Source: Octopus bimaculoides (lineage: Eukaryota). From it: a DNA stretch of 64,000 nucleotides. The notes under the pieces are model-generated. The model was not told the origin of the DNA and made no database searches. It saw nothing but the letters and a program-made list of their open reading frames with translations. Of the stretch, positions 1 through 11,130 are shown one piece after another. The number at the start of each line of letters is the position of its first letter. Position 1 is the first letter of the stretch. The position numbers and the translations under genes are program-made. Location of the stretch: assembly GCF_001194135.2 (NCBI RefSeq), contig NC_068981.1, positions 152,997,814-153,061,813 of the forward strand. Direction: 5' to 3'.

Positions 1-140
1 GTTCTTTAAACTGTTATCAAAATAGTAAATAAGAATGCAACAGATGAAGCTCTAAAGAATTCTTTCTGGACTTTATGTATGAATTTATTAAAGTGATGGA
101 TTAAGTTTCTCATTATTTTCTTATTGTAATGCGTACCTTT

Positions 141-660
141 CCTTCATTGGACACTAAACTCTGCTTGCGAAGACCTGTTGAGGCAAGTGAAATCGAAATT
201 GAACTAAATTCGACGACTGGCACCCATGCCAACGTCGTCTCCTTCATTGGACACGAAACTCGGCGTGCGAAGACCTGTTGGGGCAAGCGAAAGCAAAATC
301 GTGATGGCACCTGTGCCCAGCGTCGCCTTTCTGGTACTTGTGCCTGTGGTATGTGTAAGGACTTTTGAGCGAGATCGTTGCCAGTGCCGCTGGACTGGAT
401 CTTGTGCGGGTAGCACATAAAATGCACCATTTTGAGCGTGGCCATTGCCAGTACCGCCTGACTGGCCTTCGTGCTGGTGGCACATAAAAGCACCCATTAC
501 ACTCTCAGAGTGGTTGGCGTTAGAAAGGGCATCCAACTTTAGAAACTCTGCCAAATCAGATTGGAGCCTGGTGTAGCCATCTGGTTCGCCAGTCCTCAGT
601 CAAATCGTCCAACCCATGCTAGCATGGAAAGCGGACATTAAACGATGATGATGAAGATGT
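141..660 (+). mobile_element. Young LINE-2 3'UTR copy (5'-truncated)
   Basis: Ends ...aacccatgctagcatggaaagcggacattaaacgatgatgatg. Closely similar to 43982-44195, with CpGs retained and an internal 100-bp-period duplication (141-200 vs 241-300). Confidence 0.85.
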
Positions 661-782
661 AAAATAGATGAAAAGTAAAACAGTACAAAAGGTTTGCTGT
701 CTGTAGTTTTGTTTTTTTTCTCATGAAGTTGTGTATAAAACCTGACCTAATTTGCTATTAAATATAATTTCATTTTCATCAT

Positions 783-1325
783 GTCTTTTATCTTTCAATT
801 GCTCCAGTTATTAGACTGCATTCATGCTAGTGCACCGCCTTGAAGAATTTTAGTTGACCAACCCCAGAAGTTATATTTCTAAGCCTGGTACTTATTTATC
901 GGTCTCTTTTGCCAAACCTCTAAGTCACATGGGTGTAAACACACCAACACAATAGTTGTCAAATGGTGGTAGGGGACAAACATATACACAGACACACACC
1001 TGTCTGTCTGTCCGTCTATCCGTCCATCTGTCCCAGGCTGCAGTCAAATCAGACTGGAGCCTGGTACAGCTCTCCAGCTTAACAGTCCCAGTCAAACTGT
1101 CTAACCCATGCCAGCATAGAAAAAGGACGCTAATGATGATGATGATGGTGATGTTATATATATGATGTACTTCTTTTAGTTTCCATTTACCAAATTCACT
1201 TACAAGGCTTTGACTGGCCTGGAGCTATAGTAGAAGACACTTGCCAAAGGTACTATGTAGTGGGACTGAACCTGGAATCATGTGGTTGCAAAGCAAACTT
1301 CTTACCAAACAGCCATGTCTTTGCT
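783..1325 (-). mobile_element. SINE family B, inverted copy in two pieces (783-1000, 1160-1325) split by a LINE-2 tail fragment
   Basis: Reverse complement of the B 3' half and 5' half, separated by ...aacccatgccagcatagaaaaaggacgctaatgatgatg. Confidence 0.65.
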
Positions 1326-2440
1326 TATATATTTGACTTTTTGTAGTTAAAATGATGATCAACCTCATCAAAATTATTTTACATTCATATTTCTATACTG
1401 GCTGGCATTACACATTGCAGATTTTGTTTTCGCCTTTGCAAGGTTCAACATTCTGAGATCAGCTTTCACCTTTCCTTTTCATGTTTTCCTTGGTCTTCTT
1501 GAAGAAATTACCTTCTTCACTGTATTAGTGGATTGTGTTATCATGTGTGTCTCAGAAGATGGATGTCTACTAATCCTCAACATACCATTCAACATGGGAT
1601 TTCAAAGTTTCAGTCAGAAGATTTAGACAACCAAGGAAAATCAGACATAAGCCATCTCAGAATCTTTATTAACATGGATTAACGAAAGCTTTGGTGCACA
1701 CTGACCCTTGTAAATCTACTTGTGAGAAATAATTAGAACTTAGAAATAATTAGAGTTGATTGTGGAGATGCATGGCTTAATGGTTAAGATGTTGAGCTCA
1801 TGACCATAAGATTGTGGTTTCAATACCAGGACTGGGCAATGCATTGTGTTCTTCAGCAAAACACTTCATTTCATGTTGCTCCAGCACACTCAGCTTGCAA
1901 AAATGAACAATCCTGCGATGGGCCAGTGTCTCGTCAAGGAGGAGTGGGGGGCGAATATATACGCTACAGAAACTGGGAAACCAACCTTATACGTCTGTAT
2001 GACTCAGAAAGGATCTTTATCCTTATCCTGATCTAGAATTGATCATTCAGGTATTTTTCATATCTAAATATTTACAGTGGGATCAAGACTTTGGATAGGT
2101 CGGTTCCTCATGAACTGCTGTATACAATACACAAAAGCATTCTTTACCATTTTCAGGAGTGTTTTGCAAAGCATTTCTTTTAGTTAGTGACAGTTGGTAG
2201 TGTACTCTATGCATGTGGACCTGCTTTTGTCTACTTAAAACTGTGGCACAACCATGAAGCCATTTTGTGTGGAAGTATTGAGTGTTTGATATATTTAGAC
2301 AAATAGTCTTCTAAATATGTTGCATCTCTCAATATAGCCAAACTAAGGGATACATACACATTGTGGATTTTTGAGCCATATATTATTCCATAGTGTGAAC
2401 AACGTTAACTGTATTTTGTTAGTTTAACTACTTTATCCAT

Positions 2441-2604
2441 AGGTGCAGGTGTGGCTGTGTTGTTAAGAAGCTTGCTTTCTAATTATGTGATTTTAGGTTC
2501 AGTCCCACTGCATGATACCTTGGGCAAATGTCTTCTATTATAGCTGCAGGCCAACCAAAGCTTTGTGAGTGGATATGGTTGACAGAAACTGAAAAGAAGC
2601 TTGT

Positions 2605-2647
<43 letters not shown>

Positions 2648-2657
2648 NNNNNNNNNN

Positions 2658-2700
<43 letters not shown>

Positions 2701-2927
2701 GTATATGCATGTGTGTGTCTTTTGTTTGTTCCCCACCACCTCTTGACAACCAGTGTTGATTTGTTTACATACCCAGTAACTTAGCAGTTAGGAAAAAGAG
2801 ACTGATAGAATAAGATCCAGATTTAAAAAATAAGTACTTGCAGTTGATCTATTTGACTAAAACTCTTCAAGGCAGTACCCCAGCATGGCCACAGTCCATT
2901 GACTGAAACAAGTAAAAGATGAAAGAT
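2441..2927 (+). mobile_element. SINE family B (tRNA-like head, internal TA/TG microsatellite), full-length
   Basis: Runs gtggctgtgttgttaagaagcttgct...ggttcagtcccactgc...ccttgggcaa...tgactgaaacaagtaaaaga. Homologous to copies at 20075 and 33903. Confidence 0.85.
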
Positions 2928-3768
2928 ATAAGAATCTTATTAAAATGACATATTTCTTTTATGTAAAGTTAGCCAATTTGTAATCCTTTTGTCAGTTTTG
3001 AATACCTGGCTTTCATAGTTGTTTAGGTATTGAGAAGAATTATGTACATTTGATTCCTTCACAGAGCCAGATTGTATTCTGAAAATATAACTCAAACACT
3101 GTGAATTCCAGCTAATCTTTTTGTTCTTAGAACCATTGAATTTAGTTTAGGAAATAACAAGTTCAAATCATTTATTTCTAGGTATGTCTGTATTTTTGTG
3201 TGCACATGTATATGAGTGTTATGTGTGTATATTTATATATACGTAAAAATAGATATGTGTGAGGTTACTTGCAAGGTCTCTCATGAATGCTACTGGTAAC
3301 ATGGAATCCAGTACAACCTGTTGCATGGTCAGGTCATTGCTGACTAAACCAGTGTCCCCACCTGGCTAGCCTGGTGAAGACTAAAAGCAAGACGTCCATT
3401 GTAGGTTCAAGAACTATCTAGCAATAGCATGGGCACTCAGAAATACTTGGTTGGTTTCCTGCATGCTGGAAACCACTGGGAATGAGGCGCCCCTTAGCTT
3501 TTGTTTAGCAGGTCTCCAGGAGAAGGTTACTTCGATATAAAACTGGATAGGTATGAATCCTCAAAACTGGACATTTTGAGGATTTTTTGCTTGCACTTGA
3601 AACCATGGCACTCTTACATTCCTGAACCTGTGACCCATATCAGCACCAGATATTGTGCCTCAGTTTGTGTGTGGATCATATCGATAGGGTGGAGAGTGTC
3701 TATGTGTTGTGCAAGTAATGGTCATACTCATTTATGAGCTGACAACCATCAAATATATACATATATAT

Positions 3769-3875
<107 letters not shown>

Positions 3876-4649
3876 CAAAATAAAAAAAAGTGATGTGGTA
3901 TTTTGAATTGGGAACTTGAGTCGTAATGAATTATTCATTAGCTGATCACACAACCATGGATGCCACCCCTATGGTCATGGTTAAGAACCCACATTTTTCC
4001 TTCTTATATAATCAGAATTATAATGTTGCACATTCTAGATTAGACTTGCATTCATTGAAAAGCAACAAACTACTTCTGCAGTTAATTACCACTTTGTGTA
4101 ACAAAACAGAAATTAGTTAAATACAAATCAAGAACTCTCCAGGATAAGTAACCTCTTGAAAATATGTGAATAGTTATAAAATTATTAAGTAGTTCACCTG
4201 ATATATTTATTGTACTTCCATGATATTTCTAGATAATCATTTTAGTTCAGAAAAATGAAGACCAAAGCAATTGATCCAATTTCAGTTCACACTTGTAGCT
4301 GTTTAGAAAGATGAGATATTACAAAATTATATTGTTTCCTCTGAATTTACATACACACAAGCGTGTGCACGCACGCGCACACACACACACACACATATAT
4401 ATTGAAATAAAATTGACTAAGATTAAGAGTAAACTTGACATACAATATATACAATTTAAAACACAATATACTATATGTATACACACAGGTTGAAATACAA
4501 TATGTGCAATACATACACACACTCAGTTTAAAATGCAATATATACAATACATACACGCATACACACACAAACACACCACATGCACGTCCACAAACACACG
4601 TTGAATGGCCATTGACTACGCTGTAGTTCCTCTGTCCTTTGACGCGTCT

Positions 4650-5780
4650 TACTTTTTGTCCCACAGGGTGTCCAACAAGCATCCACCTCACCAAGCAAGC
4701 CTGGTGGGGTTGCCAGTTTAGTCACCTACGGCCCGACCATTTTACAGGTTGTACTGGACTACATGGTACCAGTAGCACTCAAGAGCGACCTGAGTTTTTT
4801 TTAAATTTTTTTTTTTAATAAATAGGTATGGAGTGGATAGAGCTCTTNNNNNNNNNNTTTTAATTTTTTTTTTTAATAAATAGGTATGGAGTGGATAGAG
4901 CTCTTCTGTTTACCCAAGCCATGGCGAAGGCAGTCTATCTAGGAGAAAGTAACCCTGAATTTAAATACTTCACTGCTGTCTCGTAGTTAGCCTTTGGTTG
5001 GGCAAAGACTGGGAGAAGGACACTCTGATATAAAACATGCGACTGCAAATGCACCCAATGATGTCGACTTGCTCTTCTTTTTGGATCATGCTTTGTAGTT
5101 TAGAGAGAGGGAATGGTTGCTGTGCAAAACTTTTCCTCACTTTAAAAAGTGTCAAGCACAGGTATTGCTGGAGAGGAAAAAGAAATGGACATCGTGTATG
5201 TACATGGCTGACCGAAGCTTAAAAAGACACACATCTAAACAATGACAGTTGATATTGAAACTGAAGCAAATAGCAAAAAAGGCTCTGAAACATTTTGTTC
5301 TGTGGTCTGGCCCGGCAGGTGTCCCAGGGCACCACAGCCTGGATCTGGTCGTCATCATGCAACTGTGAGTAAATTCAGGTTAAGATGCAAGCCTATGAAT
5401 ATAGGATGTTGGAATGGTCGAACATTATTAGACAATGATTTCTGAAATCTCATCCAGAGAGATCTGCAATTGTTGCAAAAGTGTTACAGTGATATGATAT
5501 GGATGTTGTAGCATTAGTCGAAACAAGAATTCATGGAAAGGGGAATTTTGTAGAGAAATCTGTTGGGTATCATTTATTTTGGAGCAGTAGAGAGGAGACC
5601 TATAAGAGAGAATCAGGAATGGGATTTGCAATCAAAACCATTCTGGTTTCAAAACTCGAGGAACTACCATGTGGTCATTCTGATCATTTCATGTCTTTAT
5701 GACTTCCATTAAGAAAACTTCAGTATGCAACACTCACAAGTGCATATGCCCCAACTATGAATTCATCAGAAATCATTTCA
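4650..5780 (+). mobile_element. 5' part of RTE/BovB-like LINE: decayed APE endonuclease (family LINE-1 here)
   Basis: 5378-5775 translates with frameshifts to MNIGCWNGRTLLDN...VALVETRIHGKG...GYHLFWS...RESGMGFAIKTILVSKLEELPCGHSDHFMSL.LPL...YATLTSAYAPTM, typical of RTE-clade endonucleases. Assigning 4650-5370 as the 5' leader is tentative. Confidence 0.8.
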
Positions 5781-6055
5781 CTAAGTCTTTTTGGCGGTAG
5801 CTTTTCTTGTGTAACGAGGGTGTAGCTATGATATATATATATCTATATGTATACATACACATATATACATACACACACACACATTCTTTTATTCTTGTTT
5901 CAGTCATTGGACTGCAACTGTGTGTGTGTATATTTTAAGTAGGAGCGACTGTGTGGTAAGTAGCTTGCTTACCAACCACATGGTTCCAGGTTCAGTCCCA
6001 CTGCATGGTACCTTGGGCAAGTGTCTTCTACTATAGCCTCGGGCCAACCAAAGTC

Positions 6056-6738
6056 TTATGATGTTTCTTAAGTCCAACTTTTCTCTCAGGGCACTTACAC
6101 TCTGTCATGTATGCTCACTGACATTACACATCCAGCGTAGCATACTGGCTTCATTCTTTGCAAGCTTACACATGTCCTCAGCAGTCACAGCCCATGTTTC
6201 ACTGCCATGTAGCATGGCTGTTCGTACACATGCGTTATACAGTCTACCTTTTATTCTGAGCGAGAGGTCCTTTGTCACCAGCAGAGGTAGGAGCTCTCTA
6301 AACTTTACCCAGGCTATTCTTATTCTAGCAGCTACACTTTCAGAGCATCCACCCCCGCTACTGACTTGGTCACCTAGGTAATGGAAGCTATCAACTACTT
6401 CTAGTTTTTTTCCCTGACAGAAGCTGTTTTCTGCACATCTTCAGTGTTTATTGCTCCTGAGCATCTGCCACACACAAAAACTATCTTTCCAGTTAGCCTT
6501 CCTTTGATATTGTTGCACCTCTTATGTGTCCATAGCTTACACTGGGTACATCTTATAGAGTTTCTACCTATGCCTTTTCTATAGATTGAGCAAGGCCATC
6601 TACCTGAAGGGATTTGTGGTTTGTCTGCCTTCCTACTTATTAAGACTTTGGTTTTTGCTAGATTGACTCTGAGGTCCTTCGATTCCAGACCTTGCTTCCA
6701 CACCCAAAACTTCTCTAGTTCTGATAGTAACTCAGCTA
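6056..6738 (-). mobile_element. RTE-type LINE ORF2 fragment (post-YADD RT/thumb region with PHD-like insert; family LINE-2 here)
   Basis: Minus translation gives ELE..WKQGLESKDLRVNLAKTKV...WPCSIYRKGIGRNSIRCTQCKLWTHKRC...FVCGRC, then after a frameshift LGDQVSSGGGCSESVAARIRIAWVKFRELLPLLVTKDLSLRIKGRLYNACVRTAMLHGSETWAV. Confidence 0.9.
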
Positions 6739-6929
6739 TTTCCCCACCCCTATTTAGGGTTTATCTCCTATGTAATGTAGTGATTATGTAGCACATAAAA
6801 ATGATGGTGTAGTGTATGCAGGTTGAAGGTTATTGTATGTTTATGAGTTCTCCCAGATGCAAGATTTCTTTTCAGGTACATAATGCTGCTGTCCCCATCC
6901 CAGTGTTTCATGGGCCCACACCTCCCACA

Positions 6930-7203
6930 CCATCAGGGTTGGCACACTGAAAGGTTGTTCTGGTGAGATTGTTGAGATGCTTGAACGGAGACGTGTAGAT
7001 TTGTGCTGTATCCAAGAAGTAAGGTGGAGAGGAAGTTCTGCTAGGTTCCTCACAGGCAAAGAACATAGGTACAAGATTTTCTGGGCAGGGAACACTGATG
7101 GGGTCGGGGGCATGGGTATACTTCTTGTGGAGAAATGGTTTGATAAGGTAATCGAGGTAGTCAGAGTGTGTGATAGAATACTTACGATTAGATTAGTGCT
7201 GCA
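6930..7203 (+). mobile_element. RTE-type LINE endonuclease N-terminal fragment
   Basis: IRVGTLKGCSGEIVEMLERRRVDLCCIQEVRWRG...YKIFWAGNTDGVGGMGILLVEKWFDKVIEVVRVCDRILTIRL contains the APE motifs CIQE and G.GVGIL. Confidence 0.9.
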
Positions 7204-8220
7204 AAGAAAAAAAAAACAGAGAGAAAAGAAAAGCTTTCATAATGCAAAATCAAAGTGATGACCCAAGTACTTTGTAAATATTGATTTTATTTTCACATTA
7301 CTAGTTTGTATTAATATATCATGAATATATGGTTATGATGAAAAAATTATACTCAACAATAGCTAGCATGTTAGAAAATTTCAGTATGATATGAAACTTA
7401 ATGATTCTGTGGTATGTGTACTCTTTCACCCATTTGCACATTTGAATCTACATACACACATACACGCACACACATCCACTTGCACACTTACGTGTATATA
7501 GGGATTTGAAATATATATTTGAAATTTTGTACATATTTTGCATGAGTCTTATGGTTGCATAATTTCAACTTTTTCCTACAATATACCTAATATCATTTTA
7601 GCAGTAGAAAAAAAGATCTTGCTTAAGGATACAGACTATTATCACAGAGATATGATTATTAAATCCATGAGCCAAGTGTGTGGTAACATTTGATGCATAA
7701 AAAACATTTCTCAACACTGTCACTTGCACTAATGTAACACTGAAAGCAACTAATTGTAGGCTATGGAGTGTCCTCAGCTTGAATATGATGCTAATTGTTA
7801 TAATCCATTACTTAGCTAACTTAATTATTACTAGAATGGGTACTGGTGAAAATATTCTTTGAAGTATTAAGTTGAATAAGTTAATAGAAATTCAAGTAAA
7901 TTTTAGTAACAAAAGTGTTTTCACTTGTAGACTGTGTGGAGTGCATGTTTGGTTTGCTTAGGTCAGGTATGGGCAATCTGCAGTGCTCAGTCTGTGTGTT
8001 GCTCTTTGTCTGGTTTATGCAATATTTTGATTGTATAAACAATAATTTCAAACTGAAATGTTTTAATATAATATTTAGGTTCAACTCTGTTTATTTCATT
8101 TCTTTATTCTCCCCACCTCCGTTCTTTTAAAGACTTATTCACTGTTTCCTGTACACATTCTATGCAGTTTTGGTTACTTTTTCTGATGAGTTGCAGTGCA
8201 CCTGAACACTATACAATAAG

Positions 8221-8252
<32 letters not shown>

Positions 8253-8417
8253 CTTTATTTTGTTTTTTCACGTTAGCACAAGGATACTTGTGAAGTTTGA
8301 TTTACAACCACATGGTTTCAGGTTCAGTCCCACTGAGGGCTTCTTGGGCAAATATTTTCTACTATTGTCCTGATCCAGCCAACAGCTTTTGAATTAATTT
8401 GGTAGATGAAAATTGTA

Positions 8418-8646
8418 TTAACCCTTTTGTTACTGTATTTATTTTGAGATGCTCTGTATTTCTTTCAATTACATTAAATATATCTAAGAATTTAGTAAAA
8501 TAACTTAGTTATCATTTGGCTAGTGTTAGGAACATAAGTTTTGACTAAGGTTTAGTGGAAGATTTTAATTCAAAACTTATGAAAACAAGACATTTGTTCT
8601 ACAGAGCCAGAGCCAGTTTCAGCTGGGTTGGTAACGAAAGGGTTAA
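8418..8646. mobile_element. piggyBac-type MITE (family P1)
   Basis: TTAA-CCCTTTTGTTAC ... GTAACGAAAGGG-TTAA: terminal inverted repeats with a TTAA duplication. Confidence 0.8.
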
Positions 8647-8652
8647 ACCCAT

Positions 8653-8694
<42 letters not shown>

Positions 8695-8700
<6 letters not shown>

Positions 8701-8906
8701 GTTCACCAAAAAATGTATACACACTTCAAGAATGGAAAAATTTGTATAAATATTTAACTTTTATAATTACCTCTATAAATATAAATACTTCTTTTGATGT
8801 TTTATCAAATTATGATAATACTGAGTAAATTGTAATTACACTGAATTAAAATATTTCTCCAGATTTTTCCTTTCCTGAAATGTATATACATTTTTGGGCA
8901 GATTGT
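8695..8906. mobile_element. Tc1-like MITE (decayed)
   Basis: TACAGAGTTCACCAAAAAATGTATACAC ... GTATATACATTTTTGGGCAGATTGTG: imperfect TIRs next to (TA)n. Confidence 0.55.
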
Positions 8907-10799
8907 GTGTGTGTGTGTGTGTGTGTGTGTTGATATTTTGTTGGTCACTGTTTGAGTGAAGCAGTGCTGATATTTACATTTTTGTTGGTATTATGATTGG
9001 TTCCTCAACACTTTCAGACTTTTGTGGAATATAAAAATCTCTTACCTGTAAAACAGGTGATCCATGGCATGTTGGTTTGTTACCTAGTTGGTAGCCCTTA
9101 TCATCCAACTATTTGCAGGGGACCAAACAACTCATCCAGAAGAACCCTCAGCTTGTAATGATGTTAGCCAGGAGAAACCAGACTGCTCAACATTAAAACA
9201 GACTCCTACATGCCTTGTTCAATGAGAATGCAGAAGGGTTGGCACAGGACAGCCAGCGATGGGGGGGGGGCACCGGTGGACCTGGTCAGCTCTACACATG
9301 ATGGCACCTCTGGGTCCACTAAGCTGGGACAACCCCAGCCCCATCAAGCAAGAGCGTGATTGAATGAGTGTAAAATGGGTGTGTATTGGTTATAGGGGGA
9401 GCATTGTCATTATCACCGTTGTTCTAACATTCACTTTCCCATGCTCACATCGGTCATACAGAGGTGAATTTTGTTTGGCAGGATGCCCTCCCTATCGCCA
9501 ACCCTCACCTGTTTCCAAGGTTATATTTCCCATAACCAGACATGTTTCTTATGGAAGATTGCAAATGGACACCACTTGCCTGACAGTGTCACTTGTTTTA
9601 AGACTACCATGCGATGTCTAAGCAAGGGGACAGTAACATGTGTGTGTGCATGCATGAGCACACACATACACAAATATATACACACATGATAGGCTTCCAT
9701 TAGTTTCCTTCAACCAAATCCACTCACAAGGCTTTGAATTGACCAAAAAATTCTGTCTTCAAAATCAATTCCTGTCCAAGATATGCTAGCATAGAAAAAC
9801 AGACTTTAAACACAAACACACACACACACACACTCTATCTCTCTCTCTCTCTCTCATATTCCTGCTTTTACCCATTCTTTCTCATGCTCTCTTTCTCTCA
9901 ATCAGTTTTTTTTTTTAATGCTTTACTTTGTATTTTAATAAATGGTGTTTTCCATACTATATACTGTGTTTGGTAAATTATTATTGCAGCAGTGTGTCCC
10001 AGTTTATGATAANNNNNNNNNNNNNNNNNNNNNNNNNNNNNNNNNNNNNNNNNNNNNNNNNNNNNNNNNNNNNNNNNNNNNNNNNNNNNNNNNNNNNNNN
10101 NNNNNNNNNNNNNNNNNNNNNNNNNNNNNNNNNNNNNNNNNNNNNNNNNNNNNNNNNNNNNNNNNNNNNNNNNNNNNNNNNNNNNNNNNNNNNNNNNNNN
10201 NNNNNNNNNNNNNNNNNNNNNNNNNNNNTATATATATATGGTGAGGATTGAGTCGATTATGGTGTACAACATAAATTTGAAACATGATTCAATATAAATG
10301 TCATCCGAGACAACATATGGTTATTAGAAATGTATGTGATGGTATGTAATGTGGTTTGTTGACATTTATTGCATGTAGTAGTAGTAACAGCAGCAGTTGT
10401 AAAAGGCATATAGGACAGAGAAGGGGATGTTTCAGAAATTTTGGTCTTACAGATGAAAAATAATGTAAGATAGGATCACCACAAAAAAATGTAATGTGAA
10501 AATCTATCCAGTTCATGCTAGAATGGTAAAATAGTTAAATCACTGATTATAATGATTTATGTTACACACACACACACACACACTCACACATACATAATTC
10601 TTTTTAATTTTGATACAAGACCAGCGATTCTGATGGGAGGGAGCAAGCCAATTGCATTTGTTTACCCCCAGTGCTCAACTGGTACTTATTTTGTTGACTC
10701 CGAAAGACAAAGCCAACCTCAGTAGAATTTGAGCCCAGAATGTAAAGAGTCAGAAGAAATGATAAGTTTTTTTTGTCTGATGTGCTACCAGTTCTGCTT

Positions 10800-11130
10800 T
10801 AAAGACGACCTTTGGTCATGAATGACCATGGGATTTCACTTAGAAAGTTATTCTCCGAGATACAAGTCCAGGCAAGGTTGTTTATGGAAGACCAGCAGTT
10901 GTCCATACATACCCGCCTCTTCTCTCCACACCACTGATATTATCCAAGGGAAAGGCAAAGGCTGATACAGCTTGGCACCAGTGACGTTGCAACTCTTTTC
11001 TACAACTGAGTAAACTGGAGCAATATGAAATAAAGTGTCTTGCTCAAGAACACAATACACAATCTGGTCTGAGAATTGAACTCACAACCTCATGATTGTG
11101 AGCCCGACGCTCTAACCATTGAGCCATTGC
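10800..11130 (-). mobile_element. SINE family D, inverted full-length copy
   Basis: Reverse complement of the 18655-18985 type. Confidence 0.8.

Noticed and set aside
113-554. Cluster of overlapping 64-126 aa ORFs
   Set aside because: They lie wholly within the GC-richer LINE 3'UTR repeat and show no protein-family motifs.
4801-4905. About 50-bp direct repeat (aataaataggtatggagtggatagagctctt) twice
   Set aside because: The copies flank a 10-N gap; this is a typical unmerged contig overlap artefact.
9036-9060. Minus-strand ctgttttacAG|GTAAGAG resembling a recursive splice site
   Set aside because: It resembles the ttaccttggaaacaggtgagg segment of the LINE-2 3'UTR family (cf. about 9505 and 58905), so it is probably repeat-derived.
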